Positions 12,418 through 23,726 of a stretch of DNA of 56,318 nucleotides are shown here, piece by piece. The stretch is from Octopus bimaculoides (lineage: Eukaryota). How positions within the stretch are numbered: position 1 is the stretch's first letter; every line of letters begins with the position of its first letter. The DNA is taken from NCBI RefSeq assembly GCF_001194135.2, contig NC_068982.1, forward strand, positions 31,522,322 through 31,578,639. Reading direction: 5' to 3'. The notes under the pieces are model-generated. The model saw nothing but the letters and a program-made list of their open reading frames with translations, did no database searches and was not told the DNA's origin. A program made the translations under genes and the position numbers.

Positions 12418-12487
12418 AGTCACTGCCTGGAATCGAACTCAGAATCTTAGGGCTAGTAACCCTCACTCGTAACCACTACGCCACATG
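12167..12487 (-). mobile_element. SINE family C: tRNA-like head + (TAA)n + hammerhead-containing 3' module
   Basis: Minus strand reads: A box TGGCGTAGTGG, B box GAGTTCGATTCC, (TAA)n at about 12357-12415, then AAATACCTTAGGAATGAGAACCTAGGTTCGAAATTTCCCCAA-GACAC-CTGATGAAGGCTG...CAGCCGAAACGTT-GTGTT. The 3' end abuts (CA)/(TA) microsatellite. Confidence 0.85.
12252..12297 (-). ncRNA. Putative minimal type I hammerhead ribozyme
   Basis: Helix I GACAC/GUGUU (4 Watson-Crick + 1 G-U); core CUGAUGA plus an extra A; helix II GGCUG-gaguguauau-CAGCC; GAAAC-GU-U with a palindromic ACGU helix III. Predicted cut 3' of 12257 on the minus strand. Confidence 0.75.
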
Positions 12488-13052
12488 TTTAAAACCTCTA
12501 AGGGATGGTTAAATCCAAAGGCGCTCTTGATGATTAGCTGCGTAGTTACAGTCCTTGGTGAAAGGTAGACAGTAGCAAGTAATTCAGCGGGTAAACCGTA
12601 CTTTAAATAATATGCAGTAAGAAAATGGAGGAAAAAGAACAGGAAGAAGTTATTCTCCTTTCTTTACACCGCCGGTAAAACGTCTAGCTAGAATAAACAC
12701 GTGGAAAATATGCACTTACTTAAACTTGGAAGTACGGATGAAAATAACCTCCATCCTACATCCACTTCGCAGCAGAATTATCAGCTAAGAAATCCACTAT
12801 AATGTAAGACTCACTATTCTGTGTCTTTATTCTCGTTACCAATGTATCCCTATGATTTTCGCTCTTCTTACCTCTACATATGACTATGCATTCTGATGAT
12901 GTCTACCCATACCATTGGTAAACAGAAACGATCGTAAATGTACTACTACTGCCAGGTTTTTTTTTATTAATTAATTAAATTGATGACGTACTAGTGTAAG
13001 CGACCAACTTTTTCCTGCTATTTTTCTTCCATTTTCTTCTTGCATACGCGCG

Positions 13053-13114
<62 letters not shown>

Positions 13115-14170
13115 TTATCTAACGTTGTCTATCACTTTGTTTAGGGAGTGGCGTGCATTGTGATGAAATTTGATAACAGTTTCTTTCATTAGCTTGCTTA
13201 TGTTTTAAGTATGATATATTAAAGACGAAATTGAGCCTTTCTGAAGCAAATCTAATTGTTTTATATATCTGATAAATGAAGGTCACCCAGTGGCAAGCTA
13301 TTATTTATCATCAATACAGAAACCATTATAGTAATGGGAAATGGGCTTCGTATTCAAGGATTACCCCTCTAATTTTGTATATACTGCCTGTAAAATTACA
13401 TTTTCGAATGTGTCTTTCGTTTTGCCTGATGTGGTATTTTAAGGTTGTTGTTAGTATTTCTAGTGAGGTTTCTGATCACGTTGAAACATTCACGTCCCCT
13501 CGCGGACATTTATTTTCTAAACTCTAGAGTAGTTAAAGATCAGTTCAATCAGTCAAGCGAATTTTTCTGCAACAACTGGACATGTGCATATGTAAGAAAT
13601 CAAAGGTTACTAATTGAAATGTCAATGGAATTCCAGCATTTTTCTAATTTGTTTTGACAGTTAGCATACTCAAAGATATCTGCCAAGAAATTAAAACGAG
13701 TCATGCATGCATTCTTACAAGTTTGATTTTGCATTGCAACTCATGAAATTGAAATTGTCAAACAATTCATTCAACTTAATAGAAATAAAAATATTTTATA
13801 TAAATCCACATTCGGATATATATATTCCAAGAAAAAATTGTTTACTTTAATCTTCCGTGAAGAAATATATGTGTATAAACGTATACACATATTTCTATTC
13901 ATTCAATTAGAAATATATGCGTATCAATTTCTGCATATATAAATGAAGTTATGCATGTTTGAATAAACGCTTCTGTTTGTATCGATAGCCATTAATCTGC
14001 GCAGCACTTTGTTCCGTTATAAACAGCCTTGCATAAAATATACATATACCGCAATATTAGTCCGGCTTAGAACGCATACACACGTATGATATGCAAATAT
14101 AATTAATGAATTCACGCACATATATAAACATATGTATAAAAAATGCACATCATATCATGTATATGTTGTA

Positions 14171-14595
14171 CAGGATATTCGGGCAACATTTGATAGCTTG
14201 CATTAAAGGAAAAGAAAACACAATATCCCATACAAAAATTAAAGTATTGAGAAAAAACAAAGAAAAATACTATCAACTAGATAATAGCTGAAGATAACAG
14301 TTTACTCAAATCAGCCGTCCTCAGCTTCTTCTGCAGCCCCAAGACGTCTCCGGAACGTGGCACATGCGTTCCTCCCTGTGCCTGTAAGAAGACCTTCGAA
14401 CAGAAGCTTGAACTTGGCCACCAGCCTTGGTGTTGCAGGTTAGTACCTTTCTCAACATAGCCTTGTACATAGTAAGCCATGGGATTACAATTAGGAAACC
14501 AGATACTGGAGTTGTTGAAGTCTTAGAAATCCTCCTTCAACTATCTCTGAATATTTCCGGAGGTATTGCAAGGAGCGGAATCTTGCTCCTAAATT
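14171..14595 (-). mobile_element. Tc1/mariner (DD37D maT-like) transposon 3' part, pseudogenised, with 3' TIR
   Basis: Minus-strand translation with stops and frameshifts: QDSAPCNTSGNIQR*LKEDF*DFNNSSIWFPN-CNPMAYYVQGYVEKGTN...NACATFRRRLGAAEEAEDG*FE*. TA-CAGGATATTCGGGCAACATTTG at 14169-14192 resembles the TIRs of the other copies. Confidence 0.85.
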
Positions 14596-14680
14596 GGCCG
14601 ACTGTAATTCCATGGATCACTATGTATGCAGCAAAGTTGCGAAAACTACTAACCGTTCTTTCGCTTGCAACACCAAGATA
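14596..14680 (+). mobile_element. Inverted second fragment of the same mariner transposase
   Basis: Translates ADCNSMDHYVCSKVAKTTNRSFACNTK, homologous to the (PD)CNPMAYYV...CNTK segment at 14426-14489 on the opposite strand. Confidence 0.75.
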
Positions 14681-14714
14681 AATATTTACGTCAAACTAAA
14701 GTTTCACCGACTGA

Positions 14715-15095
14715 AGGGGTGAAATTTCTATGCAGAGACCAGCAGTATTCAGGCATTAATTTTGTGTTCCACCTGCCTTGATACCTTGTCCCCATGGTGT
14801 AGACGTCTTGGAAGAATCTCTCCTCTTGCGCATTACACTATGATTTTCAAGGAAGTAGTCCAAATGTCTATGGAAAAATGCACTTTTACATTCATGTGTA
14901 AACCCAGTGCTTGAAAGCTAGTTAACAAGGTCTGCACAAGTCCTTCATAATTTCATGACTTCCTTTTTCCCAGAAAATCAGGCGCAATTGCAGCTAAAGA
15001 ATTCCATGACGCCTTTTCAGCGCCAGATATTGTTTCCAAGGTCTGCTCATTCTGCACCCCTACCCCTATTTTGTGACCCGTCAAACACACAAAAT
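14715..15095 (-). mobile_element. Chapaev-like (CMC superfamily) transposase C-terminal relic
   Basis: Frameshifted translation: VFDGSQ...AEKASWNSLAAIAPDFLGKRKS*NYEGLVQTLLTSFQALGLHMNVKVHF/HRHLDYFLENHSV/QEERFFQDVYTMGTRYQGRWNTKLMPEYCWSLHR. This matches the motif HFLHSHLDFFPEN..SDEQGERFHQDI..ME.RYQGRW...MMADYCW. Transposase identity is firm; the superfamily name is from memory. Confidence 0.78.
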
Positions 15096-15189
15096 CTTCA
15101 TTTTCTCACAAGAAAAAGCAGCAAACGTTTTGCTTACTCCCACAACCAACTTGATTCACGCTTATAATTATATGTGTAAGTATATATGT

Positions 15190-16020
15190 TCCTTTATTGG
15201 TTAGCTCTTATGTCCCCACTATCATCCTTCTAATAAATTCAGCTCTATTTATAGAATATTAACACTACTACCTTCTTTCTTATTATACATATTTTTCTTC
15301 TTATTACTATTTTTCGAACCCTACCAATACCATCACCCCCTACCGGTTCCTTTCTATCCTGACACTGAACACTACTGTAACCGCCTCCCTCTCCTACTTC
15401 ACTTTATCTCTTGACACTCCCTTTCTCCACCTATCCATTTCTTTGCAACCCTATACTTCCACCCCTATTGTCTTTTCTTCGTTCACTTTCTTTCTTCCTT
15501 CCCTCCTGTCCGTATATCTGACCTCACAATCTCTTACACAACTTCCTCTATTAACCTATTTATAGCCTACTGCTTGCACCACTACCTTCATTGCTCCCTT
15601 AACTATTTCTTCCTCCTTCCTTCCTGTCTTATGGCATGATCTCACATATCCTCCACTCACTTCGGGCTGTCTTTTAAGTAAACAACGTACAGAGTAAACT
15701 GGATACGAAATTATATATATTTACAAATATAACTATAATTATCACCGGAAAATACCCACACAGACTTTATACATGGATATTTACCTTTGGAATGGAACTA
15801 TACTTCAAGTGCTTTTTCTTGTTTGTTTTTTTCTTCTCCGCATCGCAAATCTACTCATACTGCAAATCTACTCATACAGATTTAATAATCCTTAACTTCT
15901 ACTATTATCGCCTCCGATGAAGGGATACGTTGAATTTTCCCTGAAACAGCTGTAAGACATTCTACATAAAATATAAATTTATTTATGCCATTGGTCTGTT
16001 TATCTCATTCTTTTTATATA
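15190..16020 (+). mobile_element. Possible Penelope-like 3'/pseudo-LTR remnant (C/T-rich tract ending in a hammerhead motif)
   Basis: Strongly pyrimidine-skewed 15200-15670; tandem duplication GCAAATCTACTCATAC x2 near 15846-15877; hammerhead motif at 15910-15958; ends in (TA)n. No coding homology seen. Confidence 0.4.
15910..15958 (+). ncRNA. Putative type I hammerhead ribozyme (variant core CCGAUGA), probably decayed
   Basis: CCGAUGA(15914-20); helix II AGGGA/UCCCU with a 12-nt loop; GAA; helix III is the 8-nt palindrome ACAGCUGU; GUA cut site at 15954. Helix I GCCU/AGAC pairs at 3 of 4 positions. Confidence 0.55.
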
Positions 16021-16997
16021 TATAAACGCTAATACACGACCCATGTTAAACTCCCCATTAATGTTGCAACCACATCTGGAGCAAAACTAGTCGGTATACA
16101 GCACTTACTCGGTTGCCATGCTCTAGTAGTCATAGGTGTTATTATACTCTATGTTGTGTACCAGTTATGTTGTTCTGTAGTTAATACAAAATATGACCTT
16201 TGCTGACCAAATAGTAGTACTCACATGAAGTACTCATAGTACTCAATAATAGTACTCATATTCTAATGTCGCAATAGTATTATTTCTTTCAGAAGACTTT
16301 GCAAATAAGATATGAAAAATAACAAAAGCGAACAGTATTGAACTGTTTGGTATTCATCACTTGGCGCCAATGGAAGTTTTGGTGAAAAATCTACATGAAC
16401 ACAATCATTCCATTATTGAAATGAATCTGATTTCCTGATTAATATAGCGTGATATTGATTAAACATTCCTAGTCTTCGCTTATTTTAAACAGTAGAACAT
16501 CTCATATTTCGTATAATTTACCAGCGATATATATTTCACATATATGACAACTACATATATTTCACAGGTTTATATTACAGAACAACGATATCTGGTTTTA
16601 ACAAATACTTAGCATTCATGTATTGATAATTTCATCTGCCTTGGTTATTACAATTCCCTACAATTCATTTCTGATAGGGAACAATGTGAGTAGGGAGTAT
16701 TTCAATTAAATAAGACTATAGATATTTAACTTAGTGATTCATGATGCATAACTTGGAAAGACAATTTGATTTAGATTTGGAACATTCTAGTGATGAATGG
16801 TACTATTTTGATTCATAAAGTCAATATAAAACTATATCCATGTAGTCGCAGTGAATGCCCATGACATCGATAAATACTTAGTATTCTAATTTATCGACTG
16901 TATCAAGGGGACACGAAAAGGTGAAGCCGGTGGGTTTGAAATTAAAATATAGATGAGAAATCCTTAACTTTGAGGTATTCAATATATTATTTTACCA

Positions 16998-17207
16998 AAG
17001 GCTGCGAGCTGGCAGAAACGATAGCATGCCGAGTGAAATGCTTAGCGGTATCTCGTCTTTATGTTCTGAGTTCAAATTCTATCGAGGTCAAATTTGATTT
17101 TCATCCTTTTGTGGTCGATAAATTAAGTACCAGTTGCGTTCTGGAGTTGATCCAATTGACTGGTCACCTTCTCAAAGATTTCGAGCCTTGTGCCTAGAGT
17201 AGAAAAG
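16998..17207 (+). mobile_element. SINE family B, tail type iii, with 17-bp TSD
   Basis: Head AAGGCTGCGAGCTGGCAGAAACGATAGC; core TTTCATCCTTTTGTGGTCGATAAATTAAGTACCAG; tail GCCTTGTGCCTAGAGTAGAAAAG. Identical AATATATTATTTTACCA at 16981-16997 and 17208-17224. Confidence 0.93.
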
Positions 17208-17220
17208 AATATATTATTTT

Positions 17221-18078
17221 ACCAGACATAGGGTCTTCCACCAGGCACCATCTTCACCCAAGGCACCATTACCTCCTCCAGGCACTTGATGTAGGCCTCC
17301 ATGTTGAGTCTCAGGCCGTGTGGGAGAGGAATGGAGGCATAACACTACCATCACTAGTGATCACTCCAAACACCATGATGCTGACTAGATGCTTGATTTT
17401 TATCCCTCTCGGTACATGTTTTGGGAACACAGCAAGCCAACGGTTGTTCTGTGTGCTCACCATCTAATCCTGACAGAAATTTTTCTTGTCTGAGGAAAAC
17501 CAAAGCGTGTTCGGTTGGAGGGGATGCTTGAATTCATTCAAAAGCCTCGCAGCGCGGTCTCTCTTCCTGTCCTCGATAGTTTGGAATGAAAATTGGTCGT
17601 TTCTCGTCTTCTATGAGGAATACCGAATGTCTTTGTGCACTACCTGCCAGATAAGAAACTCAGACACTCCCATATCCCTGGCGATGGACCTGATTAACTT
17701 GGAGGGAGCGTTGTCAATCATGTTCTGGATCTCACCAACAAATTCAGGAGTTCAGAACGATCAGATTGAGTTTTCCGAGCCGTCGTACCTTCGTAATCAC
17801 CATTTGACTCATCCAACTCTTTCCCAATCCTCTGCACTGTCCTTAGATTTACACACAAACAGTCTGAGATGTTCGTATCGTATCTTGCAGCCTGAATGCC
17901 AAGCAGTACAGCATGTCGTTTCCCAAATTTCTGGCAGAGTGATTTGCGTCATGTTGTTGTCTTCCTCACAGACAGTGCTCAACTGACCCTACTATACTGT
18001 GTAGCCGACAAAATAAAAAAAACCCTGTATGCACGGAATTAAAAATATAAAATGGGACAATTTACCCATAGCTCCATG
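17221..18078 (-). mobile_element. Tc1/mariner (DD37D maT-like) transposon, 5' TIR plus N-terminal two-thirds of a pseudogenised transposase
   Basis: TA at 18079-80, then TIR CATGGAGCTATGGGTAAATTGTCCCATTTTATATTTTTAATT. ATG at 17952: MTQITLPEIW/KRHAVLLGI...VNLRTVQRIGKELDESNGDYEG...TPEFVGEIQNMIDN...RSIARDMGVSE...WFSSDKKNFCQD*...NNRWLAV...IMVFGVITSDG...AYIKCLEEV...GRPYVW. Truncated before the second catalytic D. Confidence 0.92.
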
Positions 18079-18154
18079 TATATACATATATGCGTGTATG
18101 GGGTCCGTTCGCGCTCCTATATGTGTGTAAGCATGTATATATATTATATGAAAT

Positions 18155-18365
18155 TACGTTGCATTAATCGTTACGGCACCGGACAAAATGCTCAGCGATA
18201 TTTCTTCCGGCTTCACGTTCCGAATTCAAAATCTCCCGAGGTCGAGTTTACTGTTCATTCCCTTTGGGTCTGTAAAAAAGAATCATTTGAATAATGGGGT
18301 CGATGCAATCAACTTAAGCTCTCCTTTCAAATCCACTGGTCTTGTTCCAAAATTAGTGAGAATTG
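18155..18365 (+). mobile_element. SINE family B, decayed copy (tail type ii)
   Basis: AATCGTTACGGCACCGGACAAAATGCTCAGCG...CGAGGTCGAGTTTACTGTTCATTCC...GGGGTCGATGCAATCAACT...CTGGTCTTGTTCCAAAATT. Confidence 0.75.
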
Positions 18366-21300
18366 TATTTTACTTCGTGGATTGTTTACCAGGATTCAAT
18401 ATGACCAGAAATGAGTTAATTGTCGAATAGCTTCTTACTTTCTTATGTGAGTCCAATACAAAGGATAAACCGATGGTAATATTATTCAGTACCAAAGGGA
18501 CGAAATATATTACTAACAAAAACATTCTGCGAAGCTATTTTCAAATCATCATAAATATTCCGAAGTACTCAAAGCACCGTAAATAAAAACAAACACCGCA
18601 CTCTTGTACTGAATGTTTAATAGCTAAGTAGCAACAGCAATTATTTTCATAAGGAAAATAGTGATACTTGTTGAATTACTGGTGAACGTATAACAGTTTT
18701 AATCGGGTCACTACTTCCAGTTCTGCTCACTGTATTTCTTGATATTTCCAGTAACTATATCTAATCAGAGACAGTAAATCTGGTTTATATTGATACTGGC
18801 ATTCGGAAATATTTCATAGCAAATGAATATAAAGCTGAAACAGCAACATAGATTAAGTAGCGTTATTAACATTTTATAAAAAGTGGTAAACAATTGGAAC
18901 CATCACGACATACCTCACAGTCACTCCGCCATTTAACGTCTGTACATTCCTAATTTAGAGAGTGATAGGAGCATATCTGTATTAGCCATGAATATATGAA
19001 TGTAGTTATTAATTTTACTGGTTAGCGTTCCAACTCAAAAGGAGACGAAAACCGTGCCTCCGTTGATAGTTCCGCAGCAACAAGATCACAAGAAATTTGA
19101 TTAGACTCCGAAGGGCTAATGTCTGAATCTGAAGCTGCAGTAGAAACGTGCATGCTGGTAATCATATGGACATATCTTAATTTTTTCACAGATTGGTTAC
19201 TTTAGATATAAATTTATAGGATAATCAATCATCACTGACTTGGTTAAAGTATTCTAAATATGGGACCAGTTACGACTTTTACGATAAAAAGGTAAGCCAT
19301 CACAATAGATATATAAAAATGAATAGCTGCAACTAATACTTTATAGTGTAGAAGTATCACCTGTATATAACATATCACTTGACAATGTACCACATTCCGT
19401 CAGCATGTCCAACATGTCCAGCACTAATTCCCCCAAAATATATTTGGAGGCAAAATTACACACTAAACTAGTACGCCTAATGTACGCTTAATCTAACAAC
19501 TGAATTTCTGAATGCTTAGAATATCGCTCTGGTACTCTTGTAAATCTTCACATGTTTTAGAAAATAGCAATTTGAAAATACTATAAAATTTTAGCAAATA
19601 ACACAGCTAGCACAAAATATACCAGGAATTGTCAGTGAAAAAACTGGTAATACTATATGAATTCTAAACAGAGCAAATGATAATTTGGTTCTGGAGAACG
19701 ATTTTTACATTACTTACATTAAAGAATTAAGCTCGAATGAAAGTATGGCAGTTTAGGGAAAGCTTATACATTTAGCTGTAATTTGCACGAATAAAAGAAA
19801 CAAATAGCCATTTCTAAAGAGAAAATTGCCAACGATACACATGCATATTTTATTAAATATCAATATCATAAAATATTGTTTCACTATTCTCACACAACAT
19901 GTCTTACTCTAGAACATTTTTTCCCTACTTTAATTTCAGACATTTTAAATCCTGAACAGTGTCGTTTATCTTAAATATCATTTTAAACACTGAATACATC
20001 ATACTTATTTTCTATTGAGCATTCTTAGCCGTGTTTAAAGTGAATAAATATGTTCACTATTACTTATGGAAATGAACATATTTGTTAATCTTAAATCATA
20101 TCTGTAACCATGAACACTATTGTTAATCTTCAAACCTTATATGCATATTCTCCATGATATATCTACAATTCGCTTCTCATGATATATTTTCACAACTTCA
20201 AATGTACTCTTAATATATTTTCACACTCCAATAATAAAAATAATTTTAACTTTGTTAAAAATGACGCTAAAAGCAGATTTATGGTGGTGGTGGTGGTGGG
20301 GTTCTGTTGTTTTATTTGTCCTTTTCATAAGGGAAAATTATCTATCCTCAGTACAAATGATGACTGCTTACCACTTCAGGAATGGTCAAAACACCTGCCG
20401 CCTTTTGAGTATCATCTTCAAAACAACCACTTGTAACTTCTGTAAAGAAACAATAAGTGATGGCACATGAAATAACTAGCTAATGAGAATGTTATTTCTT
20501 TGGAGATATAGATGTTTCGTTAGGGATGCAAGCTGCTAAGAAAATTATAGTAGGCCACTATTGTGGACAACCGATGCACAACAAATGAGAAAAAAAAGAA
20601 TATAAAAACAATAAATTAAGAAACTAGTTATGATTTCGATTATTAAAGAGGTTGGAAGTTGGTAGGATATATATTTTATAAATATTAACAAAGGATAATT
20701 TCATACAGTACTGTGGAAATATAAGGAAATTACGAAAAGAAAATTGAGATCAGAATAAGAATTCATAAGCGTGAGGTAAGGCAATGAAATATATATGAAG
20801 GAAATTATAATAGCAGTCAGAAAAATATATTTGGAAATTCAGATAGTAAGGAAACAGCAACAAATAAGACATTTACTTTCCAAAATAAGAGATGAATTAA
20901 ATAATGAAATAAAGAATGGAACAAGGGAGATGTAAGTTGAGAAGAGAAAAAAGAATTGTCACCTCTAGACGGGAAAAAAAGCTAGGGACTCACTAAGCAG
21001 CTTGTTACAAATGAAACTAAGTTCTTGTAATTTGTACGTTAAATATGTTAAAAAATGGCATGGTAAATTACACATATGCTGCTACAGGCTACAGATTATA
21101 AACGCTATAGACTATATACACAACATTGAGTGCGCAGAGAGGTGTAACCCCAATGGCTTTGTGTACAACATCTTTGGCGACAATGAAGTTTTGGGATTCC
21201 ATTATCGATTGAACAGCCTCATTGGCTGTTCACAGACAGACTACTTATAAGTTCGCTGTTGTTAAAAACTTAAGTAAATCGGAGAAACCAATTTACAAAT

Positions 21301-21782
21301 ATAAAGTATTCTTACAAGTCAGTTCAAGTAATAACCGATGACTGAATATAGTTTTAACTGTCCACAAACATTGACAAAGTGTTTCACTCGTTCATAAGTA
21401 CAGAGATGACTTAAAAAATTACACATATGTTGTGTTATAGAGTGATGTATTAAAACAAAATACTGTTAACCTACGAAATTTATGCAATTTGGTGTGATGA
21501 TGGAGTTATATACCAAAACGATTTACTTTCTATACTATTTACTTTCGCACTTACAAACAGTAGGGTTAGAAGCCGTATTTCAGCGGATAGTGAGAGTGCA
21601 CACATTCGCTTATGAAATCTTACCAGAGGATCGGACTTAGCCAAGCGAATCTCTCTCTTCTCTGCACAAAGATATTGTACATGTTTATACACAGATTCAT
21701 TCATTTACTTTAGCTAAAAATATTTAACCATGCATCTATCACAGTGTGTGTATGTATGTATGTATCTATGCATGTATGTATG

Positions 21783-21827
<45 letters not shown>

Positions 21828-21832
<5 letters not shown>

Positions 21833-22394
21833 CTGGGGCATTCAGTGGCCAGATGTTAGGGGTGATGTGGTCGTCGAAATTGTCTAACAGCCACTACCGT
21901 GGTCATCTACTTGTGTGGTACGGTGCAGGGTCCACTTACCAGACACAGGATCTTCCAGCAGCCACCCTCTTAACCCAGGGCAGTACTATTTCCTGGAGGC
22001 ACTTGATGTAGGCCTCCATGTTGAATCTGAGGCCGTGTGAGAAGATGAATAGAGGCATAACGTCGCCATCACTAGTGATCACTCCAAACACCATAATGTT
22101 GACTGGATGTTTAATTTTTATCACTATCGGTACATGTTTTGGGGAAACGGCAAGCTAATTGTTGTTCAATGTGTTCACCAACTGTTCGTTTTGCAGCTTC
22201 CGGCATGAGCGCATGGGAGTACAGCATGTCATTTCCAAATTTCTAGTAGAGTGAATTGCGTCATGGTGCTCTTTTTCTCACGTACGGTACCCAAATGACC
22301 CTTCTATACTGTGTTGTTGACAAAATCAAAGAAAAACAATGTACATGCGCGAAATTAAAAATATGAAATGGCTACAATTACCTATCACACTTTG
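21828..22394 (-). mobile_element. Tc1/mariner DD37D maT-like transposon, internally deleted and 3'-truncated
   Basis: 5' TIR TA-CAAAGTGTGATAGGTAATTGTAGCCATTTCATATTTTTAATTT; MTQFTL start; jump to KIKHPVNIMVFGVITSDGDVMP...AYIKCLQEIVLPWVKRVAAGRSCVW*VDPAPYHTSR...WLLDNFDDHITPNIWPLNAPDC. Counting from the D of VDPAP puts PDC at 32-34, so the missing NPxD would give DD37D. Confidence 0.92.
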
Positions 22395-23691
22395 TATATA
22401 TATATGTATATACATACATANNNNNNNNNNNNNNNNNNNNNNNNNNNNNNNNNNNNNNNNNNNNNNNNNNNNNNNNNNNNNNNNNNNNNNNNNNNNNNNN
22501 NNNNNNNNNNNNNNNNNNNNNATATATATATATATATATATATACTCGCATAGCGATGTACATCTATTCTATAGTAGAGAATGATTCTTAAGCAAGAATA
22601 CTTTTCCGTCGGTAGTTGTGAAACGTAGTCTTACCACAGTCTTAGATGTTATGTAAAATCCCTGTGGTAACGAATGAATCATTCACGTTTGTAGATCTAC
22701 TAGGAACTAAAGAAAACTTAGAGATAAATAATAACAGCAAGAATAAAAACTACTACTACTACTACTACTAATGCTGCTGCTGCTAATAATACTAGTAGTA
22801 GTACTGCTACAACACAACGTTGACAGAGCCACAATTAGCCGTGCATGATAACTCGGATAATCTGGTGATACAATTTGTGAAGATGTGTTGAAAATTTATT
22901 CGTTGATTAGGTGCAAGTAATACATTTATTACAAGAGACGTTATTAAAGCAACTTTACTAAACACTTCCACTAGAAAAGTTTGAACCGCTATTATTACGG
23001 AAATCAATTACAAAAAAGTGAGCCACGTAAATGAAATATCGGGTAGCCTTCAAAAGCAAAACACATTCTGGCAAAAATTAATTATCGTCATGTTTGATAT
23101 TATTTTATGTCATTTGTGTCTTTATTTAGATTACTACAGCTCTGACTTTCAATTCAATAAATTCTAATTTCCTGTTTGCTTCTAAATTTCGTTTTGTTTC
23201 TAAATATACGCTTTGACAAAGTATTCCCGAATTATCGTTGGGCATCCTATTGAATTAAATGTATTTAGATAACTTTTCTGAAATTTAAAACTAATTAAAG
23301 ATCAAACATGAAGTCCTCCTATTAGCACTTGTCGAAACAGAAAGGAGTGTATATTCATATTAAAATTTAAATTTGGTGTTTACACGAGAAGAAAAATTGG
23401 TGGAAAAAAACCCAATAAATTATTTAACAGATTATTACTAATAATATATAGCAATTATTAGAAAAACGCACATATACATATTTATTATTATAAGTGTCCA
23501 TTTCTAACACTCACACATGTGTGTGTATATGTATATGTGAGTGCTTGCATGTATGTGTATATGTGTTTAGTGTGAAAGTGTGTAGATAAGTGTGTATATG
23601 CGTGTATGAGATTATTGAAGAGTAGAGAGTTAAAAAGAAGAATCTAATTCATATACTTATATATGTGTGTGTGTGTACGTGTGTACTTGTA

Positions 23692-23726
<35 letters not shown>

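Noticed and set aside
12415-12487. tRNA genes at the SINE heads (also 39740-39813 and 55290-55358)
   Set aside because: A/B boxes are present, but there is no complete acceptor stem or cloverleaf and each head continues into a SINE body.
16216-16258. AGTACTCA x4 (also TAAGATT x4 near 52675-52712)
   Set aside because: Short irregular slippage repeats; not CRISPR-like and with no evidence of function.
17486-17986. 166-aa plus-strand ORF, the longest gap-free ORF in the track
   Set aside because: It is the antisense shadow of the decayed mariner transposase on the minus strand.
19022-19165. 47-aa minus-strand ORF MITSMHVSTAASDSDISPSES...ELER in a locally GC-richer patch
   Set aside because: No homology recognised and no good splice or promoter context; its length is within chance expectation.
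21828-21850. Mariner truncation at TGTA as a cryptic TIR end
   Set aside because: Similarity to the TIR is limited to TA-CA; deletion into the adjacent (TA)n is the simpler explanation.
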